A stretch of 56,867 nucleotides of DNA from a virus (Duplodnaviria > Caudoviricetes). The translations under genes and the position numbers were made by a program. The notes below the pieces were generated by a model. It saw only the letters and a list, made by a program, of their open reading frames with translations. It ran no database searches and had not been told where the DNA came from. The stretch is taken from positions 1-56,867 of the IMG/VR virus record IMGVR_UViG_3300031774_000017; one strand, 5' to 3'. This document shows, piece by piece, positions 48,188-56,765 of the stretch (position 1 is its first letter; every line of letters begins with the position of its first letter).

Positions 48188-49930
48188 TTAACCATCGCAG
48201 CTTAAACAATTAGGATCCATAGCTGCTGCGGCTATATCTCCTCTCAGTACAGACTCAGTACGCATATAATACAAGGTTTTTATACCATGCTTCCATGCTT
48301 CCATATGCACTTGATTTATCCACCTAGGAATAGCTTCCGAAGGAAAAGCAAGATTAAGTGATACTGATTGATCAATATAATCTTGTCTTATACCTGCCTG
48401 CCTAACTAACTCTAGTTGATTTATTTCTTTAAACGTTTTGAACACGTTTTTGACTGGCTCTCCATCTTCTTGGTTAAGCCTTCCTCTTTCATCATAATAC
48501 CATCCATTGAAGGCATCAATTGCTTGGACAGATCCACCATCGGCAAGAATCTGATCCCATGTATCTTTGTTATCAATCCCAATTTTTCTTAATACTTTTT
48601 TAAGTTCATTATTCTTTCTAATAAAAGTACCTTTAGCAGATTGCTCTGTAAATACATTTGCTGCCCAAGGTTCAATACCAGGTGACACATTACCTGCTAA
48701 TTTAGAGTTACTTACAGTTGGTGCTATAGCGCGAAGATGTGTATTTCTAAACCCTGTACCTACACACCATAATGGTTCACCATATATTTCAGCAAGTGCT
48801 CTTGAAGCACGTTCAGTTTCAATTTTAATTTTTGAAAATATTTCACGTGTTTTAAATTGTGCTAATAAACTTTCATAAGCAATACCTCTTTTTTGCAATA
48901 AGCTATGCCAACCTAATACACCTAATCCTACAGCTCTTCCCTTTTCAGCAGATCTTACTGCATTTTCAAAACCTTTCATGTTTTTAGCTTTTTGAATAAA
49001 TTCCTCAAGAACGCCATCTAAAAACCACGTAGCATCATATATAAGATTTGTGTTTTTCCATTCATCATATTTATCTAAGTTAACAGAAGATAAGCAGCAT
49101 ACAAAACTATGTGATTCATCAGTATGCAATACTATTTCACTGCATATGTTAGTCATATGAACTTTTAAACTATTTTTCTTATATGCTTCTGGATTAGCTT
49201 TGTTTGTATTTCCTTTAAATAAGATATAAGGTTCTCCAGTTGCTTTACGTTTTTGTATAAGCTTTGACCATTTTTTTCTTGCTTCGGGATTTCCGAGCTC
49301 AAGCTTTCGCATAAACTTATCGCCAACGACAGCACACTGGTGCAAGTTAAGTGATTGTCTATTGACATCTCCTTTAGGCTCTCTAATTTCAAGCCACTCC
49401 TCAAAATCGTCGTGTTCAATATTGATGTTAACGCTTGCAGCTCCTCTTCTAACGGAACCCTGATTGGTTGCGAGTATAGTTGAGTCATATATTTTGCAAA
49501 AAGGGACAACACCGTCTGAAGTTCCATTACCTGTAATTTTAGCTCCGGCAGGACGAATCATATTAACTCCGATACCTACACCCCCGCCGTGTTTTGCAAG
49601 TAACATCATTTCTAAATTTTTATTACCAATGTCCTGTATACTATCAGAAACATCAATACCAAAACAAGATATAGGTAAACCTCTGTCTGCACCTGTATTA
49701 GAAAGTACAGGAGAAGCTAAACATAACCATCCCTTCCATATATAATCAAAAAATTTATCTGCAAGTTCTGGTTTATATAAACGTTTTGCTACAGTTTTAG
49801 CAACACGCATATACGCATCACGAGGTGATTCACCATTTATAAGATAACCACCTGAAATAGTTTTTTTATAAACCTCATTATCACCCCATGAAGGGTAATC
49901 TTTACCTTTAACCCAATCGTTATTCCACAT
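48188..49930 (-). CDS. nrdA: Ribonucleotide reductase class Ia alpha subunit
   Basis: ASPVLSN, ISCF, TNICSEI, CCLSSVN, AIAPTVS, DQSVSLN, KTLYY, C-terminal CLSCDG. Confidence 0.95.
   Translation of the reverse strand: MWNNDWVKGKDYPSWGDNEVYKKTISGGYLINGESPRDAYMRVAKTVAKRLYKPELADKFFDYIWKGWLCLASPVLSNTGADRGLPISCFGIDVSDSIQDIGNKNLEMMLLAKHGGGVGIGVNMIRPAGAKITGNGTSDGVVPFCKIYDSTILATNQGSVRRGAASVNINIEHDDFEEWLEIREPKGDVNRQSLNLHQCAVVGDKFMRKLELGNPEARKKWSKLIQKRKATGEPYILFKGNTNKANPEAYKKNSLKVHMTNICSEIVLHTDESHSFVCCLSSVNLDKYDEWKNTNLIYDATWFLDGVLEEFIQKAKNMKGFENAVRSAEKGRAVGLGVLGWHSLLQKRGIAYESLLAQFKTREIFSKIKIETERASRALAEIYGEPLWCVGTGFRNTHLRAIAPTVSNSKLAGNVSPGIEPWAANVFTEQSAKGTFIRKNNELKKVLRKIGIDNKDTWDQILADGGSVQAIDAFNGWYYDERGRLNQEDGEPVKNVFKTFKEINQLELVRQAGIRQDYIDQSVSLNLAFPSEAIPRWINQVHMEAWKHGIKTLYYMRTESVLRGDIAAAAMDPNCLSCDG
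49165..49527 (-). CDS. Candidate overprinted ORF in +1 frame of nrdA (120 aa)
   Basis: Stop-free +1 frame over codon-shifted patch. Confidence 0.3.
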   Translation of the reverse strand: MELQTVLSLFAKYMTQLYSQPIRVPLEEELQALTSILNTTILRSGLKLESLKEMSIDNHLTCTSVLSLAISLCESLSSEIPKQEKNGQSLYKNVKQLENLISYLKEIQTKLIQKHIRKIV

Positions 49931-50276
49931 TTAAATAATATATTAAGTATCCTATTGATACGTTTAAATTAACTAATACTAAGTTCCATTGTTTTGCAAC
50001 CCATACTTGAGGTATAGATAGTATGCCTCCTATAATATAAGTCATAACACCTATACTTTCATATGTTAATAAATATGGTGACATCATAATAAAGGCTGTA
50101 CCCATATAACCTAACCTGTTTGCAATTCTTTCTTTTGCTGTAAGTCTTCTATCTTGAACTAATAACCTTATAAAAGATCTTTTCCACCTAAACTCACATC
50201 TTATACAGGTTTTTTTACCTAAGTGCTTAAACTTATGATCTTTTTTCTTTTTTTTACAAACATTACAAACTCTCAT
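49920..50276 (-). CDS. Zn-finger (CxxC..CxxC) plus multi-TM membrane protein between nrdB and nrdA
   Basis: CNVC...CIRC then three hydrophobic segments incl. ILSIPQVW. Confidence 0.75.
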   Translation of the reverse strand: MRVCNVCKKKKKDHKFKHLGKKTCIRCEFRWKRSFIRLLVQDRRLTAKERIANRLGYMGTAFIMMSPYLLTYESIGVMTYIIGGILSIPQVWVAKQWNLVLVNLNVSIGYLIYYLNVE

Positions 50277-51245
50277 TTACCAAATATCTTCAAAGTCTTC
50301 ACCTTCATTAGCTTTCGAATAATCAGTCGGCCTAATAGAAAAGAAATCAGTATGAGTGTGCCCCCCGGTAAGATGGTAGAACCAGTCCAAATCACTCGCT
50401 CCAGCTTCGTCATATTCAAAGTATTTCCCGCTGTTTGAGTAACCGAGCTCAACAATTTTTTCGTTAAGACGTTTCCTGATAAATTGTTTAAGGTTATAAG
50501 ATTTGAGGTTTTCAATATCTCCTTGTTCAAACATTTTATCAATATATCTTTCTTCTGCTTTAAGCATTGTTTTTGCTGCTTTAATAACGTGTTCATAACA
50601 ATCATCTTGTAATCCTTTAGTTTCTTTACACATATGTCTAAATAACTGACATCCCATTTTAGAATGTAGTGATTCATCTCTTACACTCCATTTCATCTGT
50701 TGGCCAATGCCTTTGAGCAAATTACGCAACTGAAAGCTATATAGCACAGCAAAAGCGGAATAGAGACTAACACCTTCTGCAAATGCAGAAAATACAGCGA
50801 GAGACCTGCCAATCCCAATAGGGTTGTTACCAGAGTAACTAACAAGATTATCGAAGCGCTGGGCCGTGGCGGGTTCGTGTAAGAATGCTTCGAAATTTTC
50901 GAGTCCGAGTGTTTCATTTAAATAAGAATATGCTACTGCGTGAATTGTTTCTTGTGAGCCAAACATCATGGCCATCTGTTGGATTTCATATTTAGGAAAC
51001 CACGATACAACTTTTTGGGTCCAATAATCAGAAACCGCACATTCCGTTTGTGCAAATCCCAAAAGTATATTTCCAACCAAGTTCTTTTCTCCTTTGGTAA
51101 GTTTTTCATTCCAATCTTTGACATCACCTGACATTGGTATCTCTGTATGAAGCCAAAAAGCTTGTGCTTGTTTAAGCCAACCTTCTGTATAATATTCTGG
51201 ATATTCAAAAGGTTTATAAGGTATTCTTTCATCAAACAGTCCCAT
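50277..51245 (-). CDS. nrdB: Ribonucleotide reductase class Ia beta subunit
   Basis: QETIHAVAY, FAEGVSLYSAF, RDESLH di-metal motifs, TDFF..RPTDY C-terminus. Confidence 0.95.
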   Translation of the reverse strand: MGLFDERIPYKPFEYPEYYTEGWLKQAQAFWLHTEIPMSGDVKDWNEKLTKGEKNLVGNILLGFAQTECAVSDYWTQKVVSWFPKYEIQQMAMMFGSQETIHAVAYSYLNETLGLENFEAFLHEPATAQRFDNLVSYSGNNPIGIGRSLAVFSAFAEGVSLYSAFAVLYSFQLRNLLKGIGQQMKWSVRDESLHSKMGCQLFRHMCKETKGLQDDCYEHVIKAAKTMLKAEERYIDKMFEQGDIENLKSYNLKQFIRKRLNEKIVELGYSNSGKYFEYDEAGASDLDWFYHLTGGHTHTDFFSIRPTDYSKANEGEDFEDIW

Positions 51246-51441
51246 CTTTAGATTCTTCTTTTTTAGTTAATTCTTCTTTTAATTTTTCTATAGCTTTTTC
51301 GTAATCAGGAAATTTTTTTACCAATTGCATTGTACCTATAGATAAGTCGCGTAAATTTGTTAATTCTTGAATTACTTTATTTAAAGCTGCTCCTAATGAT
51401 TCAACTTTATTACGCATTTCTATTAATTTACTTTCCTTCAT
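51232..51441 (-). CDS. Small coiled-coil hypothetical protein
   Basis: ORF in packed operon. Confidence 0.7.
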   Translation of the reverse strand: MKESKLIEMRNKVESLGAALNKVIQELTNLRDLSIGTMQLVKKFPDYEKAIEKLKEELTKKEESKDGTV

Positions 51442-51643
51442 TAAAATATTTATTTAATGTTTTAATTCTATCATCTGCATCAACTAACATTTGTAATGCT
51501 TGCTCTGCATTTTTATAGTAATCATCAGTTGAATGATCGCCTATACCAGCAGCTTTATTACTTAATAGATCTAAACTAAGTAATGCTTTGGTTTTATCTG
51601 CTTCAGCAGATTTTAATAACATTTCATATAAGTGTAAGTACAT
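51428..51643 (-). CDS. Small hypothetical protein (AAGIGDHSTDDYY)
   Basis: ORF; GIGDH motif common in phage small proteins. Confidence 0.75.
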   Translation of the reverse strand: MYLHLYEMLLKSAEADKTKALLSLDLLSNKAAGIGDHSTDDYYKNAEQALQMLVDADDRIKTLNKYFNEGK

Positions 51644-51839
51644 CTTTACTAAGTATTATAGGACTTGCATCCTGGTTATTTTTAACTTCAATATGCGTTT
51701 CTTTAATAGAAACAATAGGTTCAATAGGTTCCATTATTCTTCTAATAACTTTACCATTTTGGTCTCTAATTACTTTCTTTTTAGAAAATAATCGTTTATA
51801 ATTTTTTAAAACGTATTCTTTTATTTTCTCTTCATTCAT
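51624..51839 (-). CDS. Small hypothetical protein
   Basis: ORF track. Confidence 0.65.
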   Translation of the reverse strand: MNEEKIKEYVLKNYKRLFSKKKVIRDQNGKVIRRIMEPIEPIVSIKETHIEVKNNQDASPIILSKDVLTLI

Positions 51840-51975
51840 AATGTAATGTTAAACAAATTTCTACAAAAGGAAAATATAATACATGCTCAGAAAACTTTTC
51901 TTCTGGATAACTTCTTATACCTATTAATACCCCAGGATATAATCCAATACTAATCTCCCAACCTTCTATATTCAT
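51832..51975 (-). CDS. Small hypothetical protein (47 aa, MNIEGWEISIGLYPGVLIGIRSY...)
   Basis: Manually translated; fills gap in operon. Confidence 0.6.
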   Translation of the reverse strand: MNIEGWEISIGLYPGVLIGIRSYPEEKFSEHVLYFPFVEICLTLHYE

Positions 51976-52075
51976 TTAAATAATAATTTAGCATTTTCAT
52001 ATGATGGGTTATTCTTTCTCTGTAATGTTCAGGTAGTGTAAATTCCGTGTTTTCCGTGGATTCTAATAATGTCAT
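51950..52075 (-). CDS. Small hypothetical protein (41 aa, ...HYRERITHHMKMLNYY...)
   Basis: Manually translated; fills gap in operon. Confidence 0.4.
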   Translation of the reverse strand: MTLLESTENTEFTLPEHYRERITHHMKMLNYYLNEYRRLGD

Positions 52076-52142
52076 TATATTTTATAATTTTATTATTTAA
52101 TAATTTTTTAATGTCTTTATCTAATAATCTTTTTGCATACAT
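52029..52142 (-). CDS. Small hypothetical protein (37 aa, MYAKRLLDKD...)
   Basis: ATG overlaps upstream stop (TAATG); 3' part of ORF 52029..52253. Confidence 0.5.
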   Translation of the reverse strand: MYAKRLLDKDIKKLLNNKIIKYNDIIRIHGKHGIYTT

Positions 52143-52600
52143 TACACGCGCTTCTTTCGCCTTCTTTCTTTGATCAACGTTATCGTCCGATCTACTTCCT
52201 TTTGATTTTGCGGCTTGTAAAGCGTCTTTCCAATTTTGTTTTTCGTAAGCCATAATTTAAATAATTTCCACCTTAAAGGAAAAGATTCATTTGGTCTGCC
52301 TTTGCATTCTATAATATAATCTTTACCAATAAAATCTGGTGTATATTTTATACCTAATATTTTTTTATCTCCTCTATTAATATATTCTCCTTTACTATTA
52401 GCTTGTTTTTCATAACTTGTATTACAAAAATGAAATGATTTTATTATTTCAAAAGTTTCATTTTCATAGCCTTCAAACAATTTATCTTTTTTTAAAGCCA
52501 TGTAAGTATATCTTTCAAGTCCTGACGCAAAATTAATACCATCATAAGATATTTTTTTAGCTTGCACAGGACCTCTTTTTTTACTCCTACGTTTTACCAT
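52142..52600 (-). CDS. PD-(D/E)XK endonuclease, T7 endonuclease I/resolvase-like
   Basis: FASGLE, YTPDF, IIECKG motifs. Confidence 0.8.
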   Translation of the reverse strand: MVKRRSKKRGPVQAKKISYDGINFASGLERYTYMALKKDKLFEGYENETFEIIKSFHFCNTSYEKQANSKGEYINRGDKKILGIKYTPDFIGKDYIIECKGRPNESFPLRWKLFKLWLTKNKIGKTLYKPQNQKEVDRTITLIKERRRKKRV

Positions 52601-52601
52601 T

Positions 52602-52877
52602 TTAATATGTTACATCCCAGTTTTTATCTGTAGTGTCTGATGTCCAACTAGATTCAGGGTATTTACTTAGTTTCTTATCTTCTTCGATTAGAACAGCTCT
52701 AATTTTTTCAATATAATTAGCGGCATCCATAAGTTCTTCTTGTAAATGATTAAGCCATGTGTCTAGCGTTTGATCATCTTTATCTAAACCAACACCATAC
52801 TTTTTATAGCCTGCTTCAGCACGTTTTTGAATCTTTTCAATTACGCGATTAATTATTTTGTCGTTTACTTTACTCAT
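52602..52877 (-). CDS. Small all-alpha protein, NTP-pyrophosphohydrolase-like
   Basis: KKYG...WLNHLQEELMDAANY. Confidence 0.6.
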   Translation of the reverse strand: MSKVNDKIINRVIEKIQKRAEAGYKKYGVGLDKDDQTLDTWLNHLQEELMDAANYIEKIRAVLIEEDKKLSKYPESSWTSDTTDKNWDVTY

Positions 52878-53634
52878 CTTTTACAAATGTTCCGTTAACC
52901 ATTTTACCTGTTCTTTTAGATATTACATTAAATGATTCATCAATGCACTCCTCAATTTTAAATCCTTCTAACTCTGAAAGATTAGCAAGTACTATTACCA
53001 TATCACCAATAGCATCTTTTATTTCAGGTTTATTTTGTTTTAATAATGCTTGTGCAAGTTCACCTGCTTCTTCCATTAATTTAATATATTGAGTTTTACT
53101 ATCACCTTTTTGATAAAGATTACGTTGTTTAGCCCACTCTCTTATTTTATTAAATGAAGATATATTATCTTTAACAAATTCTTTTGTAAATGCTTTATTA
53201 TATATATAACAAGTTGAAGGACCAAATTGACTTGATTGTACATTTTGTAATATCCATTCTATATAATCTTCATTTGTTAATTTAAAATTACCTTCTGGTA
53301 ATTCTAATTCAATACCTTTTAAAAATTCAGCATTAATATCTTGCGGTGATATTTTAAATGTTGTGGTTGCTTTTGATGAGCTATGTTTATTCATTTTTTT
53401 ATTAAATAAATCTTTATATAATTTATAATCTTGTTTATAATTTAATTCTTTTTGTAAATTCCATTCAGCTTTTGATGCTTTATCTATATCATCTGTTTCA
53501 TATAATATATCATATTCACCAGGCTTATAGCCTTGTTCTTTTTCAACACGCTTTTTAATATTAGTTGTACAACCAATTTTAATTCCTGGTATATGATATA
53601 TTTTGTATTTACCTGATTTTAATTTTAATGCCAT
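52870..53634 (-). CDS. Fusion: GIY-YIG-like N-domain plus MazG-like NTP pyrophosphohydrolase
   Basis: YKIYHIPGIKIGCT..IKKR; KLMEEAGEL...DAIGDMVIVL...ISKRTGKMVNGTFVK. Confidence 0.75.
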   Translation of the reverse strand: MALKLKSGKYKIYHIPGIKIGCTTNIKKRVEKEQGYKPGEYDILYETDDIDKASKAEWNLQKELNYKQDYKLYKDLFNKKMNKHSSSKATTTFKISPQDINAEFLKGIELELPEGNFKLTNEDYIEWILQNVQSSQFGPSTCYIYNKAFTKEFVKDNISSFNKIREWAKQRNLYQKGDSKTQYIKLMEEAGELAQALLKQNKPEIKDAIGDMVIVLANLSELEGFKIEECIDESFNVISKRTGKMVNGTFVKDE

Positions 53635-53644
53635 ATTTATATAT

Positions 53645-54481
53645 TTAATTACCTACAGACAACGGAGCTTTAATAGCTGGATGTGGATTGTAGTTTATTA
53701 TTCTTACATGTTTATGTTTAGGTATAAATAGTTTTTTATAACTCCATTTTGTTGATTCAACTCTAATACCCTTGTCTAACTCTAATTGTGGTAAAGCTTT
53801 TGAAGTTCTTTCAAGTTGTATGGTAGCTTGTTTTAAATGATTATTATACAAATGACAATCACCTAAATTACCAATTAATTGACCTGCTTTCATATTCGCA
53901 CCTTTAGCTAACATTTCAAGAAGTAAACCGTACATTGCTATGTCATAAGGTAAACCTAAAAATACATCTGCTGATCTTTGTTGCCACATTAAATCTATTT
54001 GGTTATCTCTACAATATACTTGAAAGTTATAATGACAAGGAGGAAGAACCATATCAGAGAGGTCACCTGGATTCCAAGCATTAACCATGAGCCTCCTCGA
54101 GCTTGCATTTTCCCTGATGTTTCTAACCAGTGAAGCCAATTGATCAACACCGTTAGAATTACGCCATTGATAACCATAAACCTTACCCAAAGTCCCGTCT
54201 GTTCTACCAGATCTTCTGTAATCATCATCCCAATATTTAACCTTATGCTTATGTAAATAAGCAATGTCAGTTTTACCTCTAAGTATCCAAATAAGTTCGG
54301 TAAGTGCATGATTAAAAAATACTTTTTTAGTTGTTAACAAAGGAAAACCTAAAGACATATTATGTTTTATAGTTTTACCAAATACAGATAAAGTACCTGT
54401 ACCAGTTCTATCTTGCTTAGGTTTACCACTATATAATATACTACCTAATAAACCTAAATATTGTTCTTCTATATTAATCAT
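53645..54481 (-). CDS. thyA: Thymidylate synthase
   Basis: DRTGTGT, FPLLTTKK, YGYQWR, LPPCH, QRSADVFLGLPYD, DCHLYNNH. Confidence 0.96.
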   Translation of the reverse strand: MINIEEQYLGLLGSILYSGKPKQDRTGTGTLSVFGKTIKHNMSLGFPLLTTKKVFFNHALTELIWILRGKTDIAYLHKHKVKYWDDDYRRSGRTDGTLGKVYGYQWRNSNGVDQLASLVRNIRENASSRRLMVNAWNPGDLSDMVLPPCHYNFQVYCRDNQIDLMWQQRSADVFLGLPYDIAMYGLLLEMLAKGANMKAGQLIGNLGDCHLYNNHLKQATIQLERTSKALPQLELDKGIRVESTKWSYKKLFIPKHKHVRIINYNPHPAIKAPLSVGN

Positions 54482-54759
54482 TGTTTTTCATAATAATATT
54501 TACACATATTGTAATATTCAAGCCATATTGTATTTTTATCATATATATGAGGTGCATAATATATTTTTTCACCTTTTTTATATGAACCCAATGCAATTGC
54601 TATTTTCCATTTACCCGGTTCATTATTAATACCATAAGGCGATATTCTTATATTATTATTTATACAATATTGTTGCCATTTTGTTTGGTCACGAGATGCG
54701 GTATGTGGTGGCATTTTATATGCATCTTTTTTCTTTTTACCTACTAACCCGCTTCCCAT
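54478..54759 (-). CDS. Hypothetical protein (93 aa)
   Basis: ORF overlapping both neighbours. Confidence 0.7.
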   Translation of the reverse strand: MGSGLVGKKKKDAYKMPPHTASRDQTKWQQYCINNNIRISPYGINNEPGKWKIAIALGSYKKGEKIYYAPHIYDKNTIWLEYYNMCKYYYEKQ

Positions 54760-56453
54760 GGCATTATTTCATTTGATACATCAAATACTGGTATATAATT
54801 ACCACTAGTATGATCCCATTTAAAATGAGCTTCAGCTTGATTTTCACCTAAGTTTTGAAACTTTACTTTTAACACTTTAACTTTAACAGTTTTTTTATTA
54901 TAATCACGATGCACAAGTAACCCATGATAGGAAGCGTCGTACCATTCTCCACCTCCTTTAATATTGTACATATTTGGTTCATCAATTGTTCCATCTTCTT
55001 TTTTATACATTTTAGTTGGGTGTGCTACAACTATAACTAATACATCATGCTTTTTAGCAAACGCTTCTATACGTGTTAAATATTCCATAGTTGCATCAGG
55101 TATACTCATATTAGCAGATCCATTCATTTTTATTTTATTATATGGATCAATAACTAGACATTTAATACCTTTACGCTTTACAAGTTCAGCACCTTTTTGT
55201 AATACAGCGTCTAAATCATATCTTTCATTTTCAATAAAATAAAAGTTATCATTTACAACTTCTGTTACTTCATTCCATTTATCAGAGTTTATATCTGCTT
55301 TTGATGGCATCCAGTCACCAATTTTACGCATTAATTTGTGTGCATGTAAAAATGTTGGCTTATTTTCTGGTGAAGCAAATGCTGTTTTCCAACCATATTT
55401 TAAGTTGTATCCAACCACCATTCTATCAACAAAATCAGACTTACCGCTAGAAGGCACGCCTGTGACGGTAATAAATTGTCCGGTATAAGTTGAAAATATG
55501 CTGTCAAAATTATCAAGGCCAATTTGATAGCCAGGTTTAAATCCTTCATGAATAAATTCTTGTAATTCTTCTGTTATATCATTTAATGTAACTACATTCT
55601 CTAAAGGAACAGGATTAGCTTCATCAACAAGACGCTTAAGCATGCTACTGCTGTGCCCCAACATATATTCATTAGCATCTTTGAAGTCGCTAAAACTAAT
55701 TGTATAGCAGACTTCTGCTCCAAAACGTCTAATGAGTTCTTGTTGTAAATTTTGTCCAGCTTCATCTCCATCGACTGCGATAATAATTTTGGATTTGTCT
55801 TCAAAATATTCAATGCAGTTATCGAGGTAATCAAGATTAAGGCGATTAAGAGTAGCTCCGTTCGGAACACTAACCACAGAGTTGACTTTAGATTCCATAA
55901 AAGATAAAGCATCCATTTCTCCTTCCACAATAACCACGTAATCATGCCCAATTGTACTATCAATATTATAAAATATTTTTTCTGCTCCTTTAACAAGCTT
56001 AAAGTTTTTTCTACCATCTCTATATTTTACATTTATTAAATCATTATTTATAAAATAATTAAATTGTATTGTATTTTCTTTTTTACTTGTTTGAGGCATC
56101 CATTCCTCACCTTCAGTTATTTTAGCTTTTATTAATGTTGATTGAGATATACCTCTCGATTCAAACCATTTAACAGCTTTATCACTGAGTAATACATTAT
56201 TTTTCCATTCAGGTTTAATATAGGTTTTGTCTATATTACCTTTTCTTTTATATGTATGTAATTGAAATACAGTATCACAATTCATACAAGTTCCGAGACC
56301 ACGCTCCCAATCGTACATAGCACATTTAGCTTTACGATTCTGTGGTTTACGATTAGCAGAGCAAAGAGGGCATATACCCTCTTGCTTGCCAACCTCTAAT
56401 TTATGTTGATTGAATGTATCAATCTGAAAACCATTAATCTCGGTAGTGTTCAT
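54744..56453 (-). CDS. DNA primase-helicase (T7 gp4/Twinkle-like)
   Basis: CPLC...CMNC Zn finger, VEGEMDAL/DGDEAG/KDANE TOPRIM, GVPSSGKS Walker A, VIDPYN, VAHPTK. Confidence 0.93.
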   Translation of the reverse strand: MNTTEINGFQIDTFNQHKLEVGKQEGICPLCSANRKPQNRKAKCAMYDWERGLGTCMNCDTVFQLHTYKRKGNIDKTYIKPEWKNNVLLSDKAVKWFESRGISQSTLIKAKITEGEEWMPQTSKKENTIQFNYFINNDLINVKYRDGRKNFKLVKGAEKIFYNIDSTIGHDYVVIVEGEMDALSFMESKVNSVVSVPNGATLNRLNLDYLDNCIEYFEDKSKIIIAVDGDEAGQNLQQELIRRFGAEVCYTISFSDFKDANEYMLGHSSSMLKRLVDEANPVPLENVVTLNDITEELQEFIHEGFKPGYQIGLDNFDSIFSTYTGQFITVTGVPSSGKSDFVDRMVVGYNLKYGWKTAFASPENKPTFLHAHKLMRKIGDWMPSKADINSDKWNEVTEVVNDNFYFIENERYDLDAVLQKGAELVKRKGIKCLVIDPYNKIKMNGSANMSIPDATMEYLTRIEAFAKKHDVLVIVVAHPTKMYKKEDGTIDEPNMYNIKGGGEWYDASYHGLLVHRDYNKKTVKVKVLKVKFQNLGENQAEAHFKWDHTSGNYIPVFDVSNEIMPWEAG

Positions 56454-56764
56454 TAAAACGGTAAGTCTGGTTCGTTAGTCTTAGCTTTAGGTTGAAATGC
56501 TGGCGGTGCAGCAGCACTTGTAGCACTGTCTACGTTTTGGCCATCTGTCCAAACAACTTTAACATTTCCTAAATATTGTTTGTCTGCTTTCATTTCCCTT
56601 TCTTCTTTACTTTGTTCAGTCATAATATAACCTGAATCACCGTATTCACCGACTTCGTTATTAATAACAACAGTAACCGGATAGTATTTACCTTTCTTAC
56701 CTTCATAAATTTTATCTTTATTTATTTTAGATAAGTTTATATTGCCAGATATTATACTTGCCAT
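56453..56764 (-). CDS. Putative ssDNA-binding protein
   Basis: INLSKINKDKI..GKKGKY, YLGNVK, flexible tail ending DLPF. Confidence 0.6.
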   Translation of the reverse strand: MASIISGNINLSKINKDKIYEGKKGKYYPVTVVINNEVGEYGDSGYIMTEQSKEEREMKADKQYLGNVKVVWTDGQNVDSATSAAAPPAFQPKAKTNEPDLPF

Positions 56765-56765
56765 T

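Noticed and set aside
22752-51245. Introns or inteins in terL, nrdA, nrdB
   Set aside because: Genes are continuous and of normal length with no intein or homing endonuclease motifs
52143-52253. N-terminal extension of ORF 52029..52253 overlapping the endonuclease
   Set aside because: A coupled ATG at 52142 gives a simpler start; the extension cannot be supported without homologs
1322-55242. Antisense ORFs in the track (e.g. 1322, 4029, 5841, 9256, 23444, 41654, 48567, 49464, 54964)
   Set aside because: Shadow ORFs opposite well-supported genes, against the local transcription direction, with no motifs
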